IMG/VR virus record: IMGVR_UViG_3300042549_004104
Coordinates: 64,001-128,000 of that record
Reading direction: 5' to 3' (one strand)
Length of the DNA: 64,000 bases
From: a virus
Lineage: Duplodnaviria > Heunggongvirae > Uroviricota > Caudoviricetes
Under the pieces are notes generated by a model. It had not been told where the DNA came from, searched no databases, and saw nothing but the letters and a program-made list of their open reading frames with translations. Below are positions 21,043 to 30,693 of the stretch, piece after piece (positions within the stretch are counted from its first letter, which is position 1; each line of letters begins with the position of its first letter). The position numbers and the translations under genes were made by a program.

Positions 21043-23292
21043 TTATAGTGTTCTATATTGTACTGTCCAAGTAGTATCTGCACTACTTGCTGGAGTAACT
21101 TGTAAGTATAAATTTCCTAAAGATAAACTACATGAAAGTGTACCTGTTGCACCGCCTAATAATACAGTACCATATACTGCATAATCAACATTTGTTCCAT
21201 CTTGCAATGCAGTAACAGTTGCAATACTATATTTGTTTGTCGATGGATAATTATCTTGTTCACCTGTTACATCAAATATTACACCTCTAACATCTGTTAT
21301 ATCAATTGTTGCAATTGTAGATAATGAAGTCGTGCTAGTTACAACTTTGGCTGCTCTAATAGAAGAATCACCAATTATAACATTTCCAACAGTTGCATTA
21401 CCTTGTATAAATGCATTACCTGTAACGTTAGCATAACCTTTAATGTTAGCACCTGTTGTTGTAGCTACAATAACATTAGCTACACCACCAACTGAGGTAG
21501 TTACATTACCACTACTAAAAACAGTTACGTTACTTGTTCCATTACTGATACGATATGTATCAATAGTGCTAAAAGTTAATGTACCGTTACCGTATGTTGT
21601 TAGAACTTGTCCAACGCTACCGTCTGCGGTTGGGTATGTTAAACCACTAGCCTTAAGTGTACTTGTTATATTTGCATTTGCTGATGTAACAGTATTTGTT
21701 ACATTTAAGTTTCCTAACGTGCCTACGTTAGTAATCAAATATTGATTTCCAGTAATAATAGTACCTGACAAATTACCAAGTATTGTATCAACTTTAATAT
21801 TAGCATATGCCCCAGCTACAACCACTTCGCCAGAAAAACTATCAACTTGGCTTATTGCCTCAAACTGATTATTTCCAGTATCCCAGATAAATGCTTGATT
21901 AACAGCAGAAGATCCATTTGCATAATAATTGTGTAGTATAAGACCTCTGTCTTTACCATCGTATGCACTTGCATTACCACCATTTGCAGTTCCACCTAAA
22001 CTAATTAATGGATCTTTAACATCTAAGTTAGTAACGTTGATGTATGTTGTATTACCTGCAACAGTTAAATTACCACTAATAGTGGCATCACCTTGCATTA
22101 TTGCTTCGCCACGAACAGTTAATGATCCGGCAGATATATTATTACCAGCATATAACGCATCAATGTTTAGTACGTTTGCTGTTGCAGTAATGCCACCGCT
22201 TCCAATAAATAGACCTGTTGTAAAAATATTAGCCCATTTTAATGATGAATTACCTAGTGTTAATGTATTATCATTACTTGGTAATAATGATGAATACACT
22301 CTTCCGATTACATTAAGATTACCGGCATTTACTGTATTGTCTATATTAGCATTACCAGTTACTGTTAGGTTTGCTAAAGTACCAACGCTTGTAATATTTG
22401 GCTGTGATGTAGTTGTAAGTACACCACCTAAAAATATAGCGTCCACTGAACCATCACTTGTCAAATTACCAACTGACACATTTCCTGAAACATCTAAAGT
22501 AGACAGTGTTCCTAAACTTGTAATATTGGGTTGTGCCGCTGTTGTTAATGTACCCGATACATAAGTAGCACCGGTTATATTACCTGCACTTATATTCCCG
22601 GTTACATCTAAACTACTTAATGTGCCTACTGATGTGATATTGGGTTGAGCATTGGTTGTTACTGTACCTGCCGTTGTAGCTGATGTTGCTGTGTTAGCAG
22701 TATTTGCGGCATTTGCATTTGATACATATCCAGTTACGTTAGCACCGGTAATACTAGTTAATAAACTTCCATCACCACTAAAATAGTTTGCAGTTGCTAA
22801 GTTACCTAACCCGGCGTTTCCAGTTAAAATATTACCAGTAATTGTTACTAAACCGTTTGCCTTAATGTATGTAAATCCAGAAAATGAATTTGCAAAACCG
22901 CCATCATTTATAACTACGCCGGTCGATGTTCCTGGAATTGTAATATTACCACTAATGTTACCTATAACATTACCAACAAAGTTCGCTGCCTGTACATTAC
23001 CAATAACAACTAATGCACTGTTTGCATTTTGCCAAATTAAGTTTGCACTAGCACCAAATTCACCACCTTCGTAATATTGAATTTGACCATTTGCACTACC
23101 AGCTGGTTGTTGAAAGTCCCACGGTGTACCATCAAGATGTAACAAGCTATCTGTCTTAACAGCGGTGTTTGCTTGAACGTTCCCAGTTAGTGTAGCGTTA
23201 CCAGTAGTGATATCACCATTAGCTAATATAACTGTGGTTGGGACTTCACCTACTGAAAAACCACCTACTGAGTTAAATGTTCTAATTGCCAT
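21043..23292 (-). CDS. Fibre-family structural protein (749 aa)
   Basis: N-terminal RTFNSVGGFSVG; AQPNITS repeats; diverged KDPLISLGG..DGKDRGLILH module; C-terminal beta domain. Confidence 0.75.
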   Translation of the reverse strand: MAIRTFNSVGGFSVGEVPTTVILANGDITTGNATLTGNVQANTAVKTDSLLHLDGTPWDFQQPAGSANGQIQYYEGGEFGASANLIWQNANSALVVIGNVQAANFVGNVIGNISGNITIPGTSTGVVINDGGFANSFSGFTYIKANGLVTITGNILTGNAGLGNLATANYFSGDGSLLTSITGANVTGYVSNANAANTANTATSATTAGTVTTNAQPNITSVGTLSSLDVTGNISAGNITGATYVSGTLTTAAQPNITSLGTLSTLDVSGNVSVGNLTSDGSVDAIFLGGVLTTTSQPNITSVGTLANLTVTGNANIDNTVNAGNLNVIGRVYSSLLPSNDNTLTLGNSSLKWANIFTTGLFIGSGGITATANVLNIDALYAGNNISAGSLTVRGEAIMQGDATISGNLTVAGNTTYINVTNLDVKDPLISLGGTANGGNASAYDGKDRGLILHNYYANGSSAVNQAFIWDTGNNQFEAISQVDSFSGEVVVAGAYANIKVDTILGNLSGTIITGNQYLITNVGTLGNLNVTNTVTSANANITSTLKASGLTYPTADGSVGQVLTTYGNGTLTFSTIDTYRISNGTSNVTVFSSGNVTTSVGGVANVIVATTTGANIKGYANVTGNAFIQGNATVGNVIIGDSSIRAAKVVTSTTSLSTIATIDITDVRGVIFDVTGEQDNYPSTNKYSIATVTALQDGTNVDYAVYGTVLLGGATGTLSCSLSLGNLYLQVTPASSADTTWTVQYRTL

Positions 23293-23303
23293 TTTATTTT
23301 TCC

Positions 23304-23999
23304 TTATTCTTTATAACTTGTTATCATAATTTTGTAATCTACTAAATTTGATGTTACCGGGGTCACAACTAAAGTGACACTACTTGTTCCTGCATCATAT
23401 AGTATTTTAAAATCTCCAACGCCGGGTCCTATTTCAGGGACATCGATAGATCCATATTCGTAATATCCCACTTCAGTACCCAATATAGTACCAAACAATT
23501 TACTTGTTTGTCTGTTCATCCCAATAGCATCAGTTGCGATTACAGTGTAATCAACTGAACAAATTGTATTAGCAGGGATGCTGTGTAGCACTTGTTCTGG
23601 TGCTGAACTTACGGTTGTCGCAAACATTACGCTTGTAGTAGAAAACTCATTTACACCTGTTCCAACTGTGATAGTATCTGTGATTAAATCACCTTGTACT
23701 GTAAGAATATTATTTTCATAATTATAGGTGAGAGTTTGACTTGCTCCTGCAAATCCATCTTCGTTGAAAATGACATATGTATCTAATCCAGGAACAACAA
23801 AGTTACCTACAATGTTGCCTTGAAATGAACCAATAAACAAATTTGAAGTTATAGTTCCAGATACAACCTGATCACCCTCAATAATTACATTGCCTATCAC
23901 TGCTTCTGGTACAGTTAAATTTCCGTTGCTATCTAAAATAGGTATAGGAGGTATACCTATCGTATAACCGCCTTTTGAATTGAATGGATCTGCTGCCAT
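23304..23999 (-). CDS. Short fibre-family paralog directly downstream of the capsid gene
   Basis: The track starts at TTG 24011, but ATG at 23999 (MAADPFNSKGGYTIG) aligns with the paralog N-termini and follows GGGA. Confidence 0.7.
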   Translation of the reverse strand: MAADPFNSKGGYTIGIPPIPILDSNGNLTVPEAVIGNVIIEGDQVVSGTITSNLFIGSFQGNIVGNFVVPGLDTYVIFNEDGFAGASQTLTYNYENNILTVQGDLITDTITVGTGVNEFSTTSVMFATTVSSAPEQVLHSIPANTICSVDYTVIATDAIGMNRQTSKLFGTILGTEVGYYEYGSIDVPEIGPGVGDFKILYDAGTSSVTLVVTPVTSNLVDYKIMITSYKE

Positions 24000-24027
24000 G
24001 TATGGTCCCAAATATTATCTTATCTCT

Positions 24028-24035
24028 TATTTATC
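24028..24035 (-). promoter_or_regulatory. Late promoter box GATAAATA heading the fibre cluster
   Basis: Lies just downstream of the gp23 terminator. Confidence 0.6.
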
Positions 24036-24067
24036 ATTTTTCGACAATATGAGATTTCGTGTCCAAC

Positions 24068-24091
24068 AAAAAAGGCTCCGAAGAGCCTTTT
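24068..24091 (-). terminator. Rho-independent terminator with C(UUCG)G tetraloop after the major capsid gene
   Basis: Minus strand AAAAGGCTC-TTCG-GAGCC-TTTTTT; the typical T4-like terminator. Confidence 0.9.
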
Positions 24092-24131
24092 AAGTAACTT
24101 CCCATCCCGAGGGTAAAAAGTTTGATTCCGA

Positions 24132-25334
24132 TTATTGGAATGTTAAATTGCTGACCGCAATTTCACCTAAGTAGTCAGCGGCATTACCGAAACTACTTGC
24201 TGTGTTTGTCAACTCAATGTAACCATAACGTGTCATAAATGATACGACTGGTTCGAAAGTTGATGGATCTAGAACAACACCACTTGACATCAATGGGATG
24301 TATGGGCAGTAGAATGCGGCTGCATCTGTTTCACTAGAACCTTTGTATCCGACTAATACGGCTGCATCATCTGCGGCGTATGTGTTAACGAATACACGCA
24401 TAGCACCATTCAATGTACCAACAAACTTAGTGTTTGTAGGTGCTTCAAATGTACCTTCTGTTGTACGTGCGAATGCACTTGTTGTTGCAGACTGTAGAAC
24501 TGTCAATGCAGCTGGTGAAACAACTGCCCAGTTACCTGCACCACGACGTGTGCGTTGAGCAATCAAGTTAGCAACACGATTGATAAGAACTGCCAATGCG
24601 GCATGTTCGTCACCAACGAATGTAGCTGTACCAGATACAGTAGCTTGGTTGAATGTGAATTCAGTTGTAGCTAATGTGCTTAATGACAATAGAATTTCTT
24701 GGTCAATTTCAGCAGTAATTTCTTGTGCTAAAGCTGCCATGATTTCTGCTTCTACATCAATACCATGTTGAGACTGTGCATCTTGTGCTGCCTCAAATGT
24801 CCAACGTGCTTGCAATTTACGTGACTTAGCTTCAACAGCTTGACGTAGAATTTGAACGGAGATCTGACGACCACCATTGCCTTCTAAACTTGCTGTGTCT
24901 GCGCCAGTGTAGCTAGTAACTGTTGGGTTAGAAGCACCACCTGGTGTACGTGAATATGCTTGAGCAATTTTGAATGGACTCAATGCTTCTTCACCAGCTG
25001 TTACACTTGTGCCTGCCGCGCTGTTGTCTGTTAAAGACTGAGCATAACGAACACGTAGAGTGTGAATTTGACCAACTGGTCCTGTCATTGGCTGAACACC
25101 AACCAACTCGTTAGCGATAACTGTTGGCATGACACGACGGATAACTGGTAGAATCACACGGTTTAATGTAGCGATGTTACCTGCTGTTGTTGTACCAGCT
25201 GAAGATTCAGATAGTAATTGTTTGCGAGTATTTTCAAGAATAACTTGCATTGTTGAGCGGCGAGTACCTTTAAGACCTTCAAGTAGGGCTTCTTTGGTCT
25301 CGTCCCAACGGCTTTCTAATAGAACTTGTGACAT
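24132..25334 (-). CDS. gp23: Major capsid protein (T4 gp23 family)
   Basis: Motifs LPVIRRVMP..IANELVGVQPMTGP.G, VEAKSRKLQARWTFEAAQD...HGIDVE.E, FYCPYIPL...DPSTFEPVVSFMTRYG. Confidence 0.97.
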   Translation of the reverse strand: MSQVLLESRWDETKEALLEGLKGTRRSTMQVILENTRKQLLSESSAGTTTAGNIATLNRVILPVIRRVMPTVIANELVGVQPMTGPVGQIHTLRVRYAQSLTDNSAAGTSVTAGEEALSPFKIAQAYSRTPGGASNPTVTSYTGADTASLEGNGGRQISVQILRQAVEAKSRKLQARWTFEAAQDAQSQHGIDVEAEIMAALAQEITAEIDQEILLSLSTLATTEFTFNQATVSGTATFVGDEHAALAVLINRVANLIAQRTRRGAGNWAVVSPAALTVLQSATTSAFARTTEGTFEAPTNTKFVGTLNGAMRVFVNTYAADDAAVLVGYKGSSETDAAAFYCPYIPLMSSGVVLDPSTFEPVVSFMTRYGYIELTNTASSFGNAADYLGEIAVSNLTFQ

Positions 25335-25364
25335 TTTTATATTCTCCTAATATGTCTTTTTTAA

Positions 25365-26462
25365 TTAAAGCCCTGCCAAACGTCTTATGTCGATTACGTT
25401 ATCACGTGGCTCAACTTCAACTTGTTTAATGGCAGCTTTATCTCCAGTAACTTCTTTACCTTCTGAAAGAACGGGTTTTTTATTCTCTTTCTTTTCATTG
25501 ATATTGTTAAGTACTGCTGGTAGATACTTATCGAAAGCGACCTGTAGACGAGGTGTTTGGACGCTTTCTAGTAAATCACGCATTATTGATGCTTTTTCCT
25601 CATTAAGAGTTCCAAGCAATTCTTCCATTGTCTTTTGACGGACATTAGATTCTTTAATAATACGAACTTCACGTTCTTTTGATTCAATCAACTTCTTAGC
25701 GTTGCTGATTGTTTTAATAGACTCAGCTAATTGTTCATCTTTTGAATTTAGTTGAGTTATCAACTTGCGAGTTTCAGCCTTATCATTTAGATAAGTACCA
25801 GAATATTCACTTGCAAAAGATTCAAAGATACGGCGACCAAAATCGTTTTCACGTGCGATCTTAATATCTTCTTTTAATTGGCTTATTTCACCCTTTAGAT
25901 GTTTAGTAACGGTTTGATTCATTCTTGAAGCAGATTCAACAACAAAACGTTGTTTTAGTGCTTCTAGTTGTTTCTTACCTTCTGCAACTAACTTGACCTT
26001 TGCTTCAACTACAGCTTGTTTGTCTTGTGCGAATTCTTTAATTTCACGTGAAAGAGCATGAACAATAAATTGTTCTAACTTTTCTTGACTTTCTAATTGT
26101 AATTTGCGTTCATTACGTAGTTCTTTAATTTCTTCACTTAGTTTTTCAACCATGAAGTTATTGAACTTGGCTGCATTTTCATGTAGCTTACGTTTTGCAT
26201 TTACGCGGTCTTCGTTCATTGCTTGTCTTTCAAGATTAAATTCTTCAATCTCTGTTGACAAACTTTCTGTTACCATTTTATCAAGGGCTTCAACCATTAT
26301 GTCTTTGTCATGTTCATAACGTTGTGCAAATTCCTCTCGGAGTTCTGCACGTACTTGTTCTTTGGCTTCATTTAATTTAGATTCCCATGCCTCGTTTATA
26401 GCTTGGCTAGTTTCTTCATTAATAATTCCAGATTCAAGTAATGGTTTGATAGCATCTAACAT
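25365..26462 (-). CDS. gp22: Prohead core scaffold protein (gp22-like)
   Basis: Glu/Lys-rich coiled coil between the protease and capsid genes, matching T4 synteny 21-22-23. Confidence 0.8.
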   Translation of the reverse strand: MLDAIKPLLESGIINEETSQAINEAWESKLNEAKEQVRAELREEFAQRYEHDKDIMVEALDKMVTESLSTEIEEFNLERQAMNEDRVNAKRKLHENAAKFNNFMVEKLSEEIKELRNERKLQLESQEKLEQFIVHALSREIKEFAQDKQAVVEAKVKLVAEGKKQLEALKQRFVVESASRMNQTVTKHLKGEISQLKEDIKIARENDFGRRIFESFASEYSGTYLNDKAETRKLITQLNSKDEQLAESIKTISNAKKLIESKEREVRIIKESNVRQKTMEELLGTLNEEKASIMRDLLESVQTPRLQVAFDKYLPAVLNNINEKKENKKPVLSEGKEVTGDKAAIKQVEVEPRDNVIDIRRLAGL

Positions 26463-26474
26463 GCTGTATTCCCC

Positions 26475-27110
26475 TTATTTAATTTTGAGGTCCTTGATGA
26501 GGCGTGTTACTTCCTCACGTAGGTATCTCTGAACTTTACTGTCGTTCTGTGCATCTTTTGCAATATCCAACATTCTATGTCCATGCTTCATATTCATCAT
26601 GCCTTCATAGATTGCTTTAGGGTATGCATTAGGTGCACTTGGCTGTGCGACAATATCCACAGTGACTATTTCAAAGTCACTAACCTTTCCATTAACATCG
26701 TCAACGTTACCGCTGCCTCTGCTTGAAACTCCTAATTTCACTCCACTTTCCAACATAGTAGATACTAACTGTCCCATTGGAGTAGGTAAAATTTTTAATT
26801 TGCCAAATCCATTTGCACCATCCATCCACATACTACTAATCATATGTGATACACGGTCTAAATTGATTTTTAAATCATCCGGGTGATCTACCTCACCTAA
26901 TACAGAATAACCTTCTGATATTTGTTTGTTTAAAGTTTCTACGGCGTTTTCAATTTCAGATACGGGGTAAACTCGCTCATTTGCGTTTTTTACCCCACCC
27001 TGAATGAAGATGCCTTTCATATAAAGGCTCTTCAAACTACCTTCACCAGAGCTTTCTACAACCATGCTAGCACGGTCGAAAGTTAGGTGTTCTTTAAGAT
27101 ACAAAGCCAT
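26475..27110 (-). CDS. gp21: Prohead core protease (gp21, peptidase U9/S77-type)
   Basis: GIFIQGGVKNANERVYP, LGEVDHP, GVSSRGSG, VDIVAQPSAPNAY. Confidence 0.95.
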   Translation of the reverse strand: MALYLKEHLTFDRASMVVESSGEGSLKSLYMKGIFIQGGVKNANERVYPVSEIENAVETLNKQISEGYSVLGEVDHPDDLKINLDRVSHMISSMWMDGANGFGKLKILPTPMGQLVSTMLESGVKLGVSSRGSGNVDDVNGKVSDFEIVTVDIVAQPSAPNAYPKAIYEGMMNMKHGHRMLDIAKDAQNDSKVQRYLREEVTRLIKDLKIK

Positions 27111-27125
27111 TATCTTAGGTATTCT

Positions 27126-27956
27126 TTACTTAACAATTTTCTTAGTGATCTTGCGTGACTCACTAGTGATTGATTTTGCATTGCTACCATTATCACCATG
27201 TGTTGGTTTTGGTGCAGCTTCACCTTTTTCAGAGAAGTTGTTTTTACCTGGAGCATTTTTAAATTGTCCTGCGCCTTTTAGGTCTTTAGTAGCTGGGTTC
27301 AATACACCACCTTGTGTACCACCTTTGCCGCCGTCACCTGTTGTGAAGTTAACAGCTTTTGCACCGTTAGCAGATACTTTAGAACCGCCGCTTACGATAG
27401 ACTTAGCATTTTGGCCATTGTCACCGTGTACTGGATTTTTAACTGCGATTAGATTTGTAGATTCTTCAAGAGTATCTTCTTCTTCAGATTCTTCGGATTC
27501 TTCTAAGTCATCTTCTTCTTTGGCTTCCATCATCTCATCGCCCATGTCGTCACCGTTCATGTCGTCATATTCTTCACTGCCTTCTTTGCCCATGAGTTCT
27601 TCGAATTCAGCCATCAACTCGTCTAGTTTATCTTCTAAATCAACTACGCGGTCTTCTAAATCACCTTCTTCTTCGCCGCCCATTTCATCACTGTCTAGGT
27701 CGACTTCCATATCACCTTCGCCGTCATCCATTTCAATGTCAGCAAATTCATCTTCTTCTTCGGTCATGCCTTGTTCTTCAGCAGAGATTTCATCTAGTAA
27801 ACCTTCAACTGGGCTGTCTGTCATTTCTTCGTCCATCATTGATTCATAGATTTCGCGGCTTTTCTCAACTACGATATCGTGAAATAATGCACGGGCTTGA
27901 TCCTCGTTCTCATTGATAATTAAGTCAATCAGTTTTTCAAATTTTTTGTTATCCAT
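27126..27956 (-). CDS. Acidic prohead core protein (gp67/gp68-like position)
   Basis: Very acidic low-complexity centre; upstream of gp21; AGGAG SD and TATAAATA promoter. Confidence 0.65.
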   Translation of the reverse strand: MDNKKFEKLIDLIINENEDQARALFHDIVVEKSREIYESMMDEEMTDSPVEGLLDEISAEEQGMTEEEDEFADIEMDDGEGDMEVDLDSDEMGGEEEGDLEDRVVDLEDKLDELMAEFEELMGKEGSEEYDDMNGDDMGDEMMEAKEEDDLEESEESEEEDTLEESTNLIAVKNPVHGDNGQNAKSIVSGGSKVSANGAKAVNFTTGDGGKGGTQGGVLNPATKDLKGAGQFKNAPGKNNFSEKGEAAPKPTHGDNGSNAKSITSESRKITKKIVK

Positions 27957-27993
27957 TATGTGGTTCTCCTGAGTTAAATGGCTTGTGTAGAAT

Positions 27994-28001
27994 TATTTAT
28001 A
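27994..28001 (-). promoter_or_regulatory. Late promoter, exact T4 consensus TATAAATA, heading the core-protease-scaffold-capsid operon
   Basis: Plus strand tatttata in the intergenic gap. Confidence 0.75.
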
Positions 28002-28070
28002 GAGTATGTGCCAAAACAGCACAATAAGATAGTATTTTTTGCGTTTTTAGCAAAGATATACCAAAATTGA

Positions 28071-28295
28071 TTATAAACCAGGTGTTTCTGGTGCTATAGG
28101 AGTATATTGTTTACGAACTTTTTTAAGATTTTTTGCTTTTTCAAAATTACGCACATCAAGCATCTTACGTAATTTACGTACCTGTCTTAATGTTAATTTT
28201 GTTTTTCTAGTTTCACCCCATTTCCATTTACTCTGGTCCTGGCCAGGATCTTGGTAACCTTGAATCGGGGCGTCATACATTTCAAAAAGTTTCAT
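28071..28295 (-). CDS. Small basic head-module protein (74 aa)
   Basis: ORF track; TRKTKLTLRQVRKLRKM; has its own late box. Confidence 0.75.
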   Translation of the reverse strand: MKLFEMYDAPIQGYQDPGQDQSKWKWGETRKTKLTLRQVRKLRKMLDVRNFEKAKNLKKVRKQYTPIAPETPGL

Positions 28296-28300
28296 ATAAC

Positions 28301-28308
28301 TATTTATT
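28301..28308 (-). promoter_or_regulatory. Late promoter box AATAAATA (predicted leaderless)
   Basis: 5 nt from the ATG at 28295; no SD. Confidence 0.55.
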
Positions 28309-28891
28309 ATTTTTTATATTTATGTCCAATATTGGACTTAGTATCTACAATACGTTGTAGGAATTGGTCGCTATAAGTCTCGTCTTTAAGAAAAACTGCA
28401 ACAAAATCATCCCAACCTCCACCTTGTTGAACATACGATTCTAAAAGGATATTATTGATATTGTTTCTTTTACCCCAGGTAATTAATGCTTTACCTGCAT
28501 CTGGATAAAATCTCCAGCAATCAACTGGGTATTTATGTACTGCCCCTACAGTAGGAGCACATAAGTAAAACAATCCTTTTGGTTTTAATATTCTCATAAT
28601 TTCTAAATATGATAACCAAAACAATTCACTGTGTTCAAAACAACTACTTGATACAATTATATCTACAGAATTATTTTCTAACGGAAAAGAATATGCATCT
28701 GTTAATACAATATCTACACCGTTTGCTTTTTGAAAATCCAATCCCACATATTCTGCTTCAACAGGACATGCTTCTTTTAAGCTACCGTTAACATTCTGTG
28801 ACCCAATTTCAACCACTTTAACTCTATCAGAGAATGAATTATAATATGTAGTAAAGAACTCTTTACCACTTTGCATTGCGGTAGTATGCAT
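28307..28891 (-). CDS. Class I SAM-dependent methyltransferase (Methyltransf_11-like)
   Basis: VVEIGS..VNGS, YVGLD, DIIVSSSCFEH, RILKPKG, YPVDCWRF. Confidence 0.85.
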   Translation of the reverse strand: MHTTAMQSGKEFFTTYYNSFSDRVKVVEIGSQNVNGSLKEACPVEAEYVGLDFQKANGVDIVLTDAYSFPLENNSVDIIVSSSCFEHSELFWLSYLEIMRILKPKGLFYLCAPTVGAVHKYPVDCWRFYPDAGKALITWGKRNNINNILLESYVQQGGGWDDFVAVFLKDETYSDQFLQRIVDTKSNIGHKYKK

Positions 28892-30676
28892 TTACATTGG
28901 GGGAGGCGGTGCTGAAGCGCCCGGTGGTGTACCTTGAGGCGGTGCAACGGCTGCACCTAACTCAGCTGGTTCTTGATTCATTCCGGCATTTTCATCTGAC
29001 ATATTATCTATAGCTTCACTATCAGTTTCCATGTCACCCTGACTAATACCAATACTACGTAAGTCACCACCTTGTGCTTCACTATCTTCTGGTTCTTCAC
29101 GTTCTTCAAACCATAAACGACTGTTTTCTTCAATTTCTTCTTCAGTTAAGCCTAAGAAACGTTGCATTGCAAATCGCTTGCTAATATATGGAAATTGTTC
29201 CATTGCTTGAAATACTGTTACACGTGCGGTGTCTAGTTCACTTTGACGATAGGCTGCAAAGTTTTGCGGTGCGTTGAATTTAATATCAAATAGACTTGAG
29301 TCAATATTAAATCCTCTCCAACGCATGAACAACTTAAATTCATCATTTAGCTTTTGACTAATATACTTTTGTAAACGTTCACAATATTGATTGAAACGAA
29401 ACTCTTGAATCATAGCAGTACCAACACGACCGTCACTCATTGGTGTTGGACTATCTTCTGGACCTGTTGGTAAATAGCTACTCGGAACACGCAATCCACG
29501 TGCTAGTCTGTTATTAAAATAACGCAAGTCATCAATCTCACCCAAGTTCTGTCCACCTTGTAGCATAGTGACATCACTACCACGTCCATCTGCTGTAACA
29601 GGAAAGAAGTAATCTTCGTTAATACTTAATGGATTGTATGTAGCATCTAACACTGATTGTCCACCTTGACTACTTGGAATACGTCTTTGGTGAATCTCAT
29701 TCTTAACTCTGTCAATAAATGCCATAGCCATATGACTTGGCATGTTACCAACGTCAATTTTAAAAACTCTGCGTTCTGGAGCACGACTGATACGATAGAT
29801 AAGAATCGCATCTTCTAATAATTCTTTTTGTTTGTATACTTTAAAAACGTTTTCTAAGATACTTTGTCCAAAAGGCCAATAACGGTCTAAACCTTCTGTC
29901 AAACTTAAATGTACAACATGTTTCGCATCAATTGCGGCTTCATTTAATCCTAAATTAAAACGACTACCTGTTGTCCCTGCATTTGTACTTGGTGCTGTAT
30001 ATCCGGCGCCAGCAAAACCGCCGCCTGTACCACCAAAGCCAGTAGCAGTGTTCATTCCAAAGTCTGTAGTTGTTTTTTCAGCAATACTTAAATTTTGTAA
30101 GTTAGGATTAATGTCTTTGATAACATATTGTTCCGGTAATTTACCTTCACTTTCGTTAACAATAACTTTGCTAACTTTGGTCATGTCAACCCAATATAGT
30201 TTGAAGTTTTCAGGGTCACGTACAAAAACTTGATCCCCATACTTGATAGTATTACGGAAGATTTTAAATGTTCTACTGTCTAATTCATTCAACTTACACC
30301 ACTGTTGTAATTGCTTTTTAATCAATTCAACTTCATGGGGTGTTGGTTCGTCACGAAATTCAATTTCAAATGGTGTGTTATTTTGGTCATTTTTCTGTGT
30401 ACTGAACTCAGCAATAATATCTAAACATGCATTAATTTCAGCATCTACATCCATCATTTCATATTGATTATAACGTTCAATACGATTTGGATGACCAGTG
30501 TAAACTTCTGGTAAACGACTTTGATAGTTCTTGTAACCAAATTCGTTATTATTATATCCACCGGTCGGTTGTGTGTTTAAACCGGCTTGTCCGTTCCATG
30601 CACCGGTATTATTATTATACCCGGAGATAGGACTTAATTGACCAGTAAGATTGGAAAAACGCTTTTTATATGACAT
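28892..30676 (-). CDS. gp20: Portal vertex protein (T4 gp20 family)
   Basis: LLEDAILIYRISRAPERRVFKIDVGNMP, EDYFFP...GRGSDVTMLQGGQNLGEIDDLRYF..RL.RGLRVPSSYL. Confidence 0.96.
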   Translation of the reverse strand: MSYKKRFSNLTGQLSPISGYNNNTGAWNGQAGLNTQPTGGYNNNEFGYKNYQSRLPEVYTGHPNRIERYNQYEMMDVDAEINACLDIIAEFSTQKNDQNNTPFEIEFRDEPTPHEVELIKKQLQQWCKLNELDSRTFKIFRNTIKYGDQVFVRDPENFKLYWVDMTKVSKVIVNESEGKLPEQYVIKDINPNLQNLSIAEKTTTDFGMNTATGFGGTGGGFAGAGYTAPSTNAGTTGSRFNLGLNEAAIDAKHVVHLSLTEGLDRYWPFGQSILENVFKVYKQKELLEDAILIYRISRAPERRVFKIDVGNMPSHMAMAFIDRVKNEIHQRRIPSSQGGQSVLDATYNPLSINEDYFFPVTADGRGSDVTMLQGGQNLGEIDDLRYFNNRLARGLRVPSSYLPTGPEDSPTPMSDGRVGTAMIQEFRFNQYCERLQKYISQKLNDEFKLFMRWRGFNIDSSLFDIKFNAPQNFAAYRQSELDTARVTVFQAMEQFPYISKRFAMQRFLGLTEEEIEENSRLWFEEREEPEDSEAQGGDLRSIGISQGDMETDSEAIDNMSDENAGMNQEPAELGAAVAPPQGTPPGASAPPPPM

Positions 30677-30683
30677 AGTTAGA

Positions 30684-30691
30684 TATTTATC
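30684..30691 (-). promoter_or_regulatory. Late promoter box GATAAATA for the portal gene (near-leaderless)
   Basis: 7 nt from the ATG at 30676; no SD. Confidence 0.6.
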
Positions 30692-30693
30692 AC

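Noticed and set aside
27064-27849. 261-aa plus-strand ORF
   Set aside because: Antisense shadow of the acidic core gene; its Ser runs mirror GAA/GAT codons.
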